Source: Trueperaceae bacterium | GTDB lineage: Bacteria > Deinococcota > Deinococci > Deinococcales > Trueperaceae | Assembly: GCA_965213925.1 (NCBI GenBank) | Contig: OZ243927.1 | Location: 3,232,001 to 3,296,000 of the forward strand | Direction: 5' to 3' | Length of the DNA: 64,000 bases | Program-made: the position numbers and the translations under genes | The notes under the pieces: model-generated | Database searches by the model: none | What the model was told of the DNA's origin: nothing | The model's input: only the letters and a program-made list of their open reading frames with translations | In this document: in pieces, positions 42,430 to 51,896 of the stretch | How the letters are laid out: every line of letters begins with the position of its first letter | Numbering within the stretch: position 1 is the first letter of the stretch

Positions 42430-43774
42430 TTATGGTTGAGTCGGATGGGGAGTCAGAAACTTGCCCTTTGTCCGCTCCAATTTACCATTCCAAACGAGCC
42501 TCTCGCCGCGCAAAAACGTTCCCCTAACGCGCCCACGCAAGGTCTGATTCACGTAAGGGCTTGCCTTGTGGCGGGTCAAGAGGTCGCTCGCTGTCAGGGT
42601 GGTCGTGCCGGGGAGGTCAACAAGGGAGAAGTCGGCGTCGTAGCCAGGCTTGAGCCGTCCCTTCCCCTTCAAGTTAAAACGCGCTGCCGGATTCGAAGCG
42701 GTCAACCGGGCAATCTGCTCGAGCGCTAACCCTTGCGTTTCATGTCCACTAAGGAGCACATTCAAACTGGACTGCACCCCCGCAATCCCGCCCCACACCT
42801 CGAAGAAGTCATCCTCCTCTTTCAGCTCAGGTGGTGAAGGAGAATGATCAGAAGCGATGAAGTCAACCTCTCCCGTTAGAACGGCACGCCACAAGGCTCC
42901 GCGCTCCGCGCCATTTCGAAGAGGCGGCGCACACTTCAAGAGCGCGCCAAAGCGCTCCACGTCTTCATCCGTGAAGTAGAGGTAGTGCGGACACGTCTCA
43001 CAGGTGACGCGCACGCCGCGCTTTTTTGCCTCGGTAACGAGAGAGACGCCTCTCGCCGTGCTGACGTGGACGATGTGGAGGTCTGCGCCGGTCTCTTCAG
43101 CGAAGAGCAGGGCGCGGCTGATAGCTTCAAGTTCCGCGATGACGGGTCTCGAGTCCAGATAATCTCGCACGCCTTGTTGACCTCTTGAAGTCGCCTCGAA
43201 ACGCAACGTCTTCGTCAGCGCCTCGCTCTCCGCGTGAACGGCGACGGGCAAGCCCAACTTAGCCGCGCGCTCCATGCCCCGGTAGAGCGTGAGGTCGTCC
43301 GCCGCTAAGAAGTCGTCCATTCCGCTGTCCGACATAAAAGCCTTGAAGCCGACCACGCCGCATTCGGCGAGTTCATCTAAGCAGTCCAAGTTCTCAGGTG
43401 TCAGCCCGCCCCACAGAGCGAAATCCGTGAGCGACGTGGCTTCGGCGGCGGTTTTTTTTCTCGAGAAAATTCGTTCTGTCTAGCGTCGGCGTCGAATTGA
43501 GCGGCATGTCGATAAACGCCGTGCCGCCGCCCGCCGCGAGCGCGGCGCTGCCTGTCGCGACGCCTTCCCAGTGCGTACGCCCCGGCTCGTTAAAGTGAAC
43601 GTGCGCGTCGATGAGTCCAGGAAAAATATGGAGCCCGCTCGCGTCTAGCGTCTCCCCTGCCCCGTCCAAAATTTCTGGAGCAATTTGGACGATTTGCCCA
43701 CCCTCGACGAAGAGGTCAGCCCGTTCTACACCTCCAGGTGTGACGAGCGTTCCGCCGCGGACAACGAGCGACAT
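42430..43774 (-). pseudogene. allB: Allantoinase with +1 frameshift in an A8 run
   Basis: DAHVHFNEPGRTHWEG (ORF 43394-43774) and GFKAFM, HAES, CETCPHY, SDHSP (ORF 42430-43389) join if the run at 43452-43459 has 7 rather than 8 bases. Confidence 0.88.
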
Positions 43775-44127
43775 CAGCTCCCCCGGTACGTGCTGTAACT
43801 CCAGGGCGACACGAGCAGCGGCACGTGGTAGTTCTGCGTCTTATCGGCAACGCCGAAGCGGACGGGCACGGTATCTAAAAACTTGGGGTTGGGCAAGTCT
43901 AGCCCGGCGAAGTAGTCGCCCACGTGAAACACGAGTTCGAACACGCCGACCTCTAAGTCGTCAGTCAGCAGCGGCGCGTCGGTGCGGCCGTCCTCGTTGG
44001 TCGTGAAGCTCGCCAAGTGCTGGCGCGAGTCGCTCATGACAAAGAAGAGGTCGATTCGGATGCCTGCGGCGGGTTTTCCGTTCGCCGTATCTAAAACGTG
44101 CGTGCTGAGGCGTCCCACCTGACTCAT
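43774..44127 (-). CDS. uraH: 5-hydroxyisourate hydrolase
   Basis: LSTHVLD, C-terminal YSTYRGS. Confidence 0.95.
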   Translation of the reverse strand: MSQVGRLSTHVLDTANGKPAAGIRIDLFFVMSDSRQHLASFTTNEDGRTDAPLLTDDLEVGVFELVFHVGDYFAGLDLPNPKFLDTVPVRFGVADKTQNYHVPLLVSPWSYSTYRGS

Positions 44128-44663
44128 ACCCAGCCCTCGCGCTTGCGTAACGAGGTGATGTGCGCTAAATGATGCTCGCCGTGCCAGGCGTAGTTGGCTA
44201 AACTCTGCGCTAAGTTGAGGGTCTGACCGGAAGCGGGATGCGTAAAGGTGCGCTGCCAGTCACGTTCTGAAAGCGAGTGAAGCAAGATGACCCAGCGCCT
44301 ATGCAGCGCATCCAAGAGCGCTAGCGAGACCTCTACGGGCGCGTGACTATCCCCCAACTCCGCCCAGCCCGCCTCGTCGTAGGGGCGAATCGTCGGGTTC
44401 TCCTCCGTCAAGGCGAGCTTGAAGCGCGTGTAGCTGTTGAGGTGACTGTCGGGCAGGTGATGGACGACCTGGCGCACGGTCCAACCACCGGGGCGGTACG
44501 GCGTGTCAAGCTGCGCGTCGGAGAGTCCGCGAAGCGCCTCTTGTAACTTCTGAGGCAACTGCGCGACCTCTTGTAGCCACGCCCCCTTCTGCGCGACTGT
44601 TACCTCATCTGGCGGGGTAAATTCGCCGATAGGATAGCGCAAATCCACTGCGGTTTCAGTCAT
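44124..44663 (-). CDS. YfiT/DinB-family (bacillithiol) transferase
   Basis: [39 protein letters not shown]. Confidence 0.9.
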   Translation of the reverse strand: MTETAVDLRYPIGEFTPPDEVTVAQKGAWLQEVAQLPQKLQEALRGLSDAQLDTPYRPGGWTVRQVVHHLPDSHLNSYTRFKLALTEENPTIRPYDEAGWAELGDSHAPVEVSLALLDALHRRWVILLHSLSERDWQRTFTHPASGQTLNLAQSLANYAWHGEHHLAHITSLRKREGWV

Positions 44664-45603
44664 CGGCGTCTCGCGTCATGGTCAGACCGATGTGACCGTA
44701 GGGCGGCCGCGGGTCCGTATGCACCTTGATACTCTCATCCGCTTCCGAGGCGTAGCCCTTGTCCCACAGCCTATTTTGCGCCTCGAAGGAGACCTCGGCG
44801 AGTTGGGGGAACCGCGCGAGGACCCGCTTGCCCATCTCGTACACGAGGTGTTGGATGGACTTGCTGTTGAATTCGTGAAAGACCGTCGCGGCGACGTCGC
44901 GCACCTGTTCGGCGGGGACGTAGTACGAGTCGTCTGAGACCGCGTGCGCCGCGTCCGCGTAACGCCAGAAGATATCCAAATAGATAAAGAGCGGGCGGTC
45001 GACCATCTCAGGCAACGTCGTGTGCTCGTCGCGCACGAAGTTGGCGAACGAGCTGCCCGTCACCTTGACGAGCTGCAACCCTATGCGCCCGCAGCGGTGC
45101 GCGAGCACGCTGACACCTGCGGGGGTCCGCTCGAGCGCCAGTTGCGCCGCGGCGCGGTCGCCTTGCGAGCGGTGAAAGAGCACCTCGCTCGGCGCGCCGT
45201 TCGCGTGCGCCGCCGTAAAGGGCTGCTCCTCGCCCGAAACGTTAAGCGCCTCCATCTCGGGGTAGCGCTCTAGAAACTGCCGTCCTAAAAACATCAGGTA
45301 GCCCTCTAGGGTCGCGCCGCCGAACTCGAGCGCCTGCTTCAAGATAAAGTTCTTCATGCTATCGGTAGCGACCACGTTGCTGTTGTCGCCTTCGGTATAA
45401 GCGGGTACGAAGTTGTGCCCTAAGACCTGCACGTCGACCTGTACAGCGAAAAGCGTGTTGGCGCGTCCCGTGAAAGACGATTCCGGAATAGGACTGACCT
45501 GTAGCGGAGGGGCGTTAAAGCGGTACACCGTGACCTCGGCTTTGCCGTAGTCTATGGCGGTGATGGTGGGGCTACGCATCTTCGCAGTGGTGGAATCGCT
45601 CAT
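44656..45603 (-). CDS. pucL: Urate oxidase (factor-independent uricase)
   Basis: [34 protein letters not shown]. Confidence 0.93.
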   Translation of the reverse strand: MSDSTTAKMRSPTITAIDYGKAEVTVYRFNAPPLQVSPIPESSFTGRANTLFAVQVDVQVLGHNFVPAYTEGDNSNVVATDSMKNFILKQALEFGGATLEGYLMFLGRQFLERYPEMEALNVSGEEQPFTAAHANGAPSEVLFHRSQGDRAAAQLALERTPAGVSVLAHRCGRIGLQLVKVTGSSFANFVRDEHTTLPEMVDRPLFIYLDIFWRYADAAHAVSDDSYYVPAEQVRDVAATVFHEFNSKSIQHLVYEMGKRVLARFPQLAEVSFEAQNRLWDKGYASEADESIKVHTDPRPPYGHIGLTMTRDADD

Positions 45604-45706
45604 GGTCCTCCTAAGCTCGAGGGGAGTTTCTTATCGGTATCGGTGACGGGTTTCGTCTTTGCAAGTTGCAGTTAGGTTTCAGTTGGCAAGTTTCAGGCAG
45701 CTGGGT

Positions 45707-46210
45707 CTAACCTACAAGCGCGTCTAACCTAAAGCGGGCGATACGGGCGATTTCGGCTAGCGCGCGTTTTTGCTCGGTCTCGAGGTCGTTGGAGAGCCGC
45801 GCCTCAAACGCGCTTAGAATGCTCTCTTTGGTATGTCCTTTGACGGCGATGATGAAGGGGAAGCCGAACGTCTCTTTGTAAGCCGTGTTGAGCGCGTGAA
45901 AGCGTCTATACTCCTCCTCGCTCAGCCGGTCTAAGCTTGCGCCCGCCTGCTCCTCTTTAGAATTAGCGGTCAGCTCCCCAGCAAGCGCCGCCTTGCCCGC
46001 CAGGTCGGGGTGGGCGCGGATTAGCGCCACCTTCCTCTTTTCGCCTGCCCGCTTCACTACGCCGACCATCGCGCTGTGAAGGTCGGCTAAAGAGGCAAAA
46101 GGACGCTGCGCCGCGACCTCTTGGGCGACCCAGGGTGAATGCTCAAAAATACCGCCTAAGACGTTGACGAAGTCCGCCTCGTTCATCTGGTTGAGTTCGG
46201 CGAGTGTCAC
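45707..46210 (-). CDS. uraD: OHCU decarboxylase
   Basis: IFEHSPWVA, AHPDLAG, SKEEQAGA, YKETFGFPFIIAV; GTG start at 46210 preferred. Confidence 0.92.
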   Translation of the reverse strand: MTLAELNQMNEADFVNVLGGIFEHSPWVAQEVAAQRPFASLADLHSAMVGVVKRAGEKRKVALIRAHPDLAGKAALAGELTANSKEEQAGASLDRLSEEEYRRFHALNTAYKETFGFPFIIAVKGHTKESILSAFEARLSNDLETEQKRALAEIARIARFRLDALVG

Positions 46211-46397
46211 CGAGCGCCGCAATCTGAGCACGAAGTTTGACGGTAAGGAGGAGGCGAGTACGGCATCGCGGGGCATTGTATCACTCCCCTAAGAAGCGAG
46301 TCTCGTCTGTATGCCCACAAACGAATAATTTCACAATTCCTCTGCTCGTGAAAAATTTAGTTCGCGTGCTGTAGACCATGTTCGGGTTTACCAGCAC

Positions 46398-46433
46398 AAA
46401 AGAGGCTCCACGTAGGAGCCTCTTCTCTTTTTT
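46398..46433. terminator. Bidirectional intrinsic terminator
   Basis: AAAAGAGGCTCC-ACGTA-GGAGCCTCTT with A/T runs on both sides. Confidence 0.75.
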
Positions 46434-46446
46434 CTGGTGAGTAGCG

Positions 46447-46605
46447 TCAGCCCTCGTCCAAAATAAGCGGCACCGAAAGCAGCACGCCGCCCAGGATGAT
46501 GAAGGGTAAGGGCGCGGTTGCGATTGAACCCGTCACGCCTAAAAGCGCGATAATACCGGAAAGAAGGGCGATAACAACGAGCACGAGCCGGATATTGGTA
46601 TTCAC
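46447..46605 (-). CDS. Small 52-aa two-TM membrane protein
   Basis: Not in track; GGAGG RBS, GTG start, MNTNIRLVLVVIALLSGIIALLGVTGSIATAPLPFIILGGVLLSVPLILDEG, terminator downstream. Confidence 0.7.
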   Translation of the reverse strand: MNTNIRLVLVVIALLSGIIALLGVTGSIATAPLPFIILGGVLLSVPLILDEG

Positions 46606-46942
46606 TGGTAGCCTCCATAAAACGTCTTGAACTACTTACACGCTCATATTGCTGTGACTTTGTTTTACCATAATACAGCAGGCCTAGCGGGCTAGTGGGA
46701 ACGGAGTGACGGGTTGCGACTTCGTCCACGGTGCATGAGACGCGTGAGCCAATGCGAAGCAGCGCCTACAGCGGATGAAGCTTAGTCATAGTACAAGATG
46801 ATACTCGCACGCTTCGACCTTAGTGGACATAAGGACCGCTGCAATTGCAATCTCGAGCGAGAAGAGCGTTGCGGCGTTTGCAGCACGCCGCGTAGAGAAA
46901 TCGCGAGGAGGGTCCGCTGACGGTTCATCATGAGGAGAGACA

Positions 46943-49168
46943 ATGTCAGAGTTATCTAAAGAAGCGAAAACCCAGATTGATCCAGACGTAAACACATCTG
47001 TTGAGGTCGCGCAGGCCGCACAAAAGGAGCGCGCGGCGGGCGCGACGCCGCCCAAAGCCACCGCGCCTAACGATGTGCCCCCTGACGTCCCGTTGGATAA
47101 CCCCTCGCTCTACTTCAACCGCGAACTGAGTGAAATCGACTTTCACTGGCGCGTGTTCTACCAGGCGAAGGACGAGCGCTTACCTCTCCTGGAGCGCGTG
47201 CGCTTTTTGTCGATCACCGCGAGCAACATGGACGAGTTTTTTCAGAAGCGTGTAGGCGGTTTGAAGCGGCAAGAGGTCGCGGGCGTACGTAAGCTCTCCC
47301 CGGACGGGCGCACGCCCGCCGAGCAGCTGGAGCTTATCCGCCCAGCCGCTAGGGTGATGTACGAGGAGATGGCGGCGCTGTGGGAGGCGCTGAAAGCTGA
47401 GCTAATCGAGCAAGCGGGGTTTGAAGTAACCTCCTATAGCGCGCTTTCAGACGAGGACAAGGAAAAAGCAGGAGCCGACTTTCAGAGCAGCGTCTACCCC
47501 ATCCTCACGCCGCTCGCCGTGGACCCCGGACGCCCCTTCCCCTTCATCTCCAACTTGAGCCTGTCTTTGGCGGTGAGGCTGCGCCATCCTGAGCGAGACA
47601 CCCATAGCTTTAACAACACGCATTTCGCCCGCATCAAGGTGCCGCTAAGCCGAGGGCGGTGGTACGAGGTCGGGGCGGACCGCGTGATTCCGTTGGAGCA
47701 CCTTATCGCGCATCACGTTCAAGACCTCTTCGCCGGGATGGACGTGTTGGAGGTTCACGCCTTTCGGGTCACGCGCAACGCCGACTTGCGCCGCGACGAG
47801 GAGGAGGCGGACGACCTCTTGGCGATGATCTCCGAGGAGTTGCGGGAGCGGCGCTTTGCGCCCGTGGTGAGGCTCGAGGTCGAAACCACCATGCCCGAGC
47901 CCTTGCGGACGTATCTGCTGGAGAAGTTGGAACTAGACGAGTCGGACCTCTATCCCGCGCCGCTCCTCTCCCTCGCCGACCTCTCCGAATTCGCCGACTT
48001 GCCGCGCGAAGGCCTGCAGTATCCGAGCTGGAAGCCCGTGACGCCCCCGCGTCTAGCGGAGGACGGCGAACGGGAGACGGACGACATCTTCGCTACCCTG
48101 AGGCGCGGCGATGTACTCGTCCATCACCCTTACGAGCGCTTTCGCACGTCGGTCTTGCGCCTCGTCGAAGAGGCGGCCCAAGACGAGCGCGTCGTCGCGG
48201 TTAAACAGACCCTGTACCGCACCTCGGACGACTCGCCCACCGTCGCGGCGCTCGTGCGGGCGGCGGAGAGGGGCAAACAAGTCGCCGTACTGGTCGAGGT
48301 CAAAGCGCGCTTCGACGAGGCGAACAACATCGAGTGGGGGCAGATGTTGGAGAACTCGGGCGTTCACGTAGCGTACGGGCTCGTCGGGCTCAAAACGCAC
48401 GCCAAAGCGACGCTCGTCATCCGCGAAGAGGACGAGGGTGTGCGGACGTACGTGCATATCGGCACGGGCAACTACCACATCAAGACGGCTCGCCTCTACA
48501 CCGACTTAGGGCTGCTCAGCGCTGACCCCACGCTCGGCGCGGACGTGACGCGCCTCTTTCACTACCTCACAGGCTACGCGCCCGAGCAGCGCTACGACGC
48601 CCTGCTGGTCGCGCCGCGCGACATGCGCAAGAGGTTTTTGAGGCTTATCGAAGGCGAAATCGAGCAGCACAAGGCGGACGGCAGCGGACGCATCATCGCA
48701 AAGATGAACGGTCTGGACGATACCGAGATCATCAGAGCCCTCTACCGCGCTTCGCAAGCGGGCGTGCAAATCGACCTCATCGTGCGCGGGCTCTGCCGCT
48801 TGCGTCCAGGGCTGCCCGGTATCAGTGAAACCATCCGGGTCATGAGCATTCTCGGGCGTTTTTTAGAGCATGACCGCGTGTACTATTTTCATAACGGCGG
48901 TGCGCCGCACCTCTATCTGGGCAGCGCGGACTGGCGGCGGCGCAACCTCTCGGACCGCGTCGAAGCGGTTGCACCCGTAGAGGACGCGGCGCTGCAGCGG
49001 CGGCTCATCGAAACTTTAGAGGCAGCTTTGGAGGACAACCGTTTGGCTTGGGACCTGCGCGCGGACGGACAGTACGCGCAGCGCAACCCTGCGGCAGGCG
49101 AAGAGGTCAGGAACTACCACGACACGCTCATAATGAGGGCTTTGGACGATGCGCAGGTCAAGGAGTGA
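46943..49168 (+). CDS. ppk1: Polyphosphate kinase 1
   Basis: YFNRELS, DEFFQKRV, VHHPY, KQTLYRT, KTHAK, GRFLEH. Confidence 0.97.
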   Translation: MSELSKEAKTQIDPDVNTSVEVAQAAQKERAAGATPPKATAPNDVPPDVPLDNPSLYFNRELSEIDFHWRVFYQAKDERLPLLERVRFLSITASNMDEFFQKRVGGLKRQEVAGVRKLSPDGRTPAEQLELIRPAARVMYEEMAALWEALKAELIEQAGFEVTSYSALSDEDKEKAGADFQSSVYPILTPLAVDPGRPFPFISNLSLSLAVRLRHPERDTHSFNNTHFARIKVPLSRGRWYEVGADRVIPLEHLIAHHVQDLFAGMDVLEVHAFRVTRNADLRRDEEEADDLLAMISEELRERRFAPVVRLEVETTMPEPLRTYLLEKLELDESDLYPAPLLSLADLSEFADLPREGLQYPSWKPVTPPRLAEDGERETDDIFATLRRGDVLVHHPYERFRTSVLRLVEEAAQDERVVAVKQTLYRTSDDSPTVAALVRAAERGKQVAVLVEVKARFDEANNIEWGQMLENSGVHVAYGLVGLKTHAKATLVIREEDEGVRTYVHIGTGNYHIKTARLYTDLGLLSADPTLGADVTRLFHYLTGYAPEQRYDALLVAPRDMRKRFLRLIEGEIEQHKADGSGRIIAKMNGLDDTEIIRALYRASQAGVQIDLIVRGLCRLRPGLPGISETIRVMSILGRFLEHDRVYYFHNGGAPHLYLGSADWRRRNLSDRVEAVAPVEDAALQRRLIETLEAALEDNRLAWDLRADGQYAQRNPAAGEEVRNYHDTLIMRALDDAQVKE

Positions 49169-49194
49169 GGGAGGCTATAGATAAAGGCTTTTCG

Positions 49195-49384
49195 GTGGAC
49201 GTTTCAAATCAAAGCAGACCTCTTTGATGAAGTCATGTTCATAGAGGATTACGCTGCTTGTCCCCTATGCCCTCTTCAAGTCCGCCAGAGAAGACGCCAT
49301 CTTGCAGCCGCAAAGAGGCTGCACAAAGGCAATCTCTCTAGCGAACCGCTGACGCCCCCCGGCGGATGTGGGGTTGACCCACAC
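49195..49384 (-). ncRNA. Putative structured ncRNA, copy A (family not recognised)
   Basis: TTGCTG-N17-TACACT promoter; homologous to 51460-51654 with compensatory stem changes; G-U pairs favour the minus strand. 3' end approximate. Confidence 0.65.
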
Positions 49385-49437
49385 GCCTAGTGTACGCTAC
49401 AAACCCCTTCTCAGCAAACGTAACGCGTAGGGAACGC

Positions 49438-49776
49438 ATGGAGCAGCATACTTTTCCTATGAGAACCTATACCTTGGAGGAGATCGAGAGCGAACTCCTC
49501 TTCGACATGTTCATCGCCCAAGAGACCATCTCCGAGCGGTTTGGCCGCGACGCCCAGAGGGACGGGTGGCGCTACACCGTCTACTCGACCAAGCAGCCGG
49601 GCGAACTCGCGGTTCACGCGCGGCGCGGCGGGCGCACCCGCTTCCGCGTCCTCAAAGCGCCCTTTCTCTCCGAGTACTTAGGCGAGGCGCAAGGCACGCC
49701 GCTAACGGGACAGAAGGCGCTCGAGGTGGTGACGAAAATCGAGGCGCGCTTGGGCAGCACTTTTCCTTGGGTATAA
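49438..49776 (+). CDS. Hypothetical protein
   Basis: 112 aa ORF with host-like codon use; no recognisable motif. Confidence 0.6.
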   Translation: MEQHTFPMRTYTLEEIESELLFDMFIAQETISERFGRDAQRDGWRYTVYSTKQPGELAVHARRGGRTRFRVLKAPFLSEYLGEAQGTPLTGQKALEVVTKIEARLGSTFPWV

Positions 49777-49900
49777 ATAGCAGTTCTACTTGTCGTTGCT
49801 TGGACGAAGTCATGCGAAGCAACGCTTCTCCGCAGATTTCACGGCTTTGCCGTAACGGAACTTCATCCCTGAAAGTGCGTGCTAGACGTTAATCTTTCCA

Positions 49901-50161
49901 GTGAGAGTGTAGCTGACCAGACGACCTGTTCCCGGAGGGAAACTTCGTAAGCCCGGCGTCAGCGGGTGTACCTGCTAAAAAAGCAGAGCAACCCTCCGCT
50001 CTGGACATGCCCCACGCCCTCCGTCCACCGGGGAGGTCGGTCTAAAGAGGTGAGTGCCGAATCGCAGATTGCTGCTCCGCCTTTCCTAAGTTAGTCTGAA
50101 ACAGCTCAGCGTTCTGTCAATTGGTTGACCGCAGCGGAGACACACGAATCGGTTGAGTCAC
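49901..50161 (+). ncRNA. Putative structured ncRNA C
   Basis: TAATCT -10 box; two long branched stems (AGACGACC..GGTCGGTCT; GTGA..CCGA..CTCCGC/GCGGAG..TCGG..TCAC) joined by AAAGAG. Confidence 0.5.
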
Positions 50162-50212
50162 GTAGAGAAGAGAGAAGGGTAGTGGCTTTCTCTGGGATGC
50201 TCACTGAATATG

Positions 50213-50236
50213 AACAAGGGGTTGCAACCCCTTGTT
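50213..50236. repeat. REP-like 24 bp palindrome
   Basis: Identical to 34515-34538. Confidence 0.85.
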
Positions 50237-50399
50237 TGCAGAAGTCGGATTCCGTTCACGAGGCGCGTGACCTTGGCTCACTACCAAGAGAAGGAACGCG
50301 CTCACACGCCTTCTCACTATCTTCTTTGACCTGAGCGACGTCTCGTGCAACTCGCAGCGTCGCACCTTCCGAATACAGCCGTTCTGATAGCATCACCTC

Positions 50400-50750
50400 A
50401 TGATACTCGGACTACTCACGCTCTTAGGCTATCAACTCATCGGTGAAGTGATGGTGCGGCTGCTGAACTTGCCCGTGCCGGGCCCGGTCCTCGGGATGCT
50501 CCTCTTGTTCGCGACGCTGCTGCTGCGCGGCGGCGCGTTTGCGGGGCTTGGAGAGGTCTCGAGCGGTCTCTTAGCGCACCTCGCGCTGCTCTTCGTGCCT
50601 GCAGGCGTGGGCGTGGTGCGCTACTTGCCGCTTCTGCGGAGCGAAGGCCTCGCGCTGAGCGCAGTCCTTATCATCAGCACGCTGCTTACACTCGCGGTGA
50701 CGGGCGGGATTTTCTATCTCATGCTCAGGTTGGGGTGGGCGCGTGATTGA
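50400..50750 (+). CDS. CidA/LrgA family holin-like protein
   Basis: LPVPGPVLGMLLL, LLFVPAGVGV. Confidence 0.92.
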   Translation: MILGLLTLLGYQLIGEVMVRLLNLPVPGPVLGMLLLFATLLLRGGAFAGLGEVSSGLLAHLALLFVPAGVGVVRYLPLLRSEGLALSAVLIISTLLTLAVTGGIFYLMLRLGWARD

Positions 50751-51456
50751 GGACATCTGGGTCTATCTCGCGCAGACGCCCCTCTTGTGGCTCACCGTGA
50801 CGCTGCTCGTCTACAGCGGGGCGCAGTGGCTCTTCACGAAGAGCGGGTCGCTGCCACTGGTCAATCCGGTGCTCTTGTCGATCACAGCGCTCGTCGCGAT
50901 GCTGCTCGTTACAGGAACGCCCTACGACACCTACTTCGAGGGGGCGCAGTTCGTCCACTTCCTTTTGGGACCGGCGACCGTGGCACTCGCTCTTCCGCTC
51001 TACAACCAGATTGGGAAGGTTCGCTCGAGGCTCCTGCCCCTAAGCGTCGCCCTCATCGCGGGCTCAGCGACGGGCATCCTCGCGCCTACGCTGCTCGCGC
51101 GGGCATTCTCTTTAGGCGAGCGCACCGTCCTCTCGCTCGCGCCGAAAAGCGTCACGACGCCCATCGCGATGGGCGTCGCTGAGAAGATCGGCGGCGCGCC
51201 TCCACTCACGGCTGTGCTCGTCATCCTGACAGGCATCGTCGGGGCGAGCATCGGGGTCGAGGTGCTGCGGCTGCTGCGGCTGGAAGGTGGCGCGGTGCAG
51301 GGCTTCGCGATCGGCACGGCGTCGCACGGCATCGGCACGGCGCGCGCGCTTCAAGTGAGCGAAGAGGCGGGCGCATTTTCGGGGTTAGCGATGGGGCTTA
51401 ACGGCGCGTTGACCGCGCTGCTCGTTCCCCTTCTTATACGGTTGTTGGGGTTGTAG
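50743..51456 (+). CDS. lrgB: LrgB/CidB family protein
   Basis: LLGPATVALALPLY, SLAPKSVTTPIA, HGIGTARA. Confidence 0.93.
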   Translation: MIEDIWVYLAQTPLLWLTVTLLVYSGAQWLFTKSGSLPLVNPVLLSITALVAMLLVTGTPYDTYFEGAQFVHFLLGPATVALALPLYNQIGKVRSRLLPLSVALIAGSATGILAPTLLARAFSLGERTVLSLAPKSVTTPIAMGVAEKIGGAPPLTAVLVILTGIVGASIGVEVLRLLRLEGGAVQGFAIGTASHGIGTARALQVSEEAGAFSGLAMGLNGALTALLVPLLIRLLGL

Positions 51457-51459
51457 ACT

Positions 51460-51654
51460 GGGTGTCTGAGCGAAACCTCCGGTTTCTCTTTACGGAACGC
51501 CCACACCAATGCCCATACCATAGAACCTTCCCGCTACCTCTCTGAACCGCCAGAGGGACGCTTTCGTGCAGCCGTCTAGTGAGGCTACACGGAAGCAGTC
51601 TCTCTAGCAGGCTACTCACGCCCCCGGCGGAGGTGTAAGGTTAGACCTTACACC
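51460..51654 (-). ncRNA. Putative structured ncRNA, copy B
   Basis: TATACT -10 box; homologous to copy A. 3' end approximate. Confidence 0.65.
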
Positions 51655-51896
51655 TGCGAGTATACGCCAAACGCCGCGAGCATGATGGTCTTATCTTTGG
51701 AGCGACTCTGCATAGAGTTAGCAGATGTTTTCTACCCGAAAGAACGTGACGCCGCTCGGTCCCTTCGGCGTTTCATCCAGGGGCGTAGACACCCTCGAGC
51801 CCATACCTAGCGACCTTTTCATTGCCCCTAACAGCGACGAACCAGCGTCCCAATAGAGTCAGATTAAACACACCTTTCGTACGCTATAGTGGGTCC

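Noticed and set aside
49195..49384. RNA A/B as glycine, lysine or purine riboswitch, or SRP Alu domain
   Set aside because: Key consensus nucleotides are absent, no gene lies downstream on the G-U-supported strand, and there is no SRP helix-8 motif.
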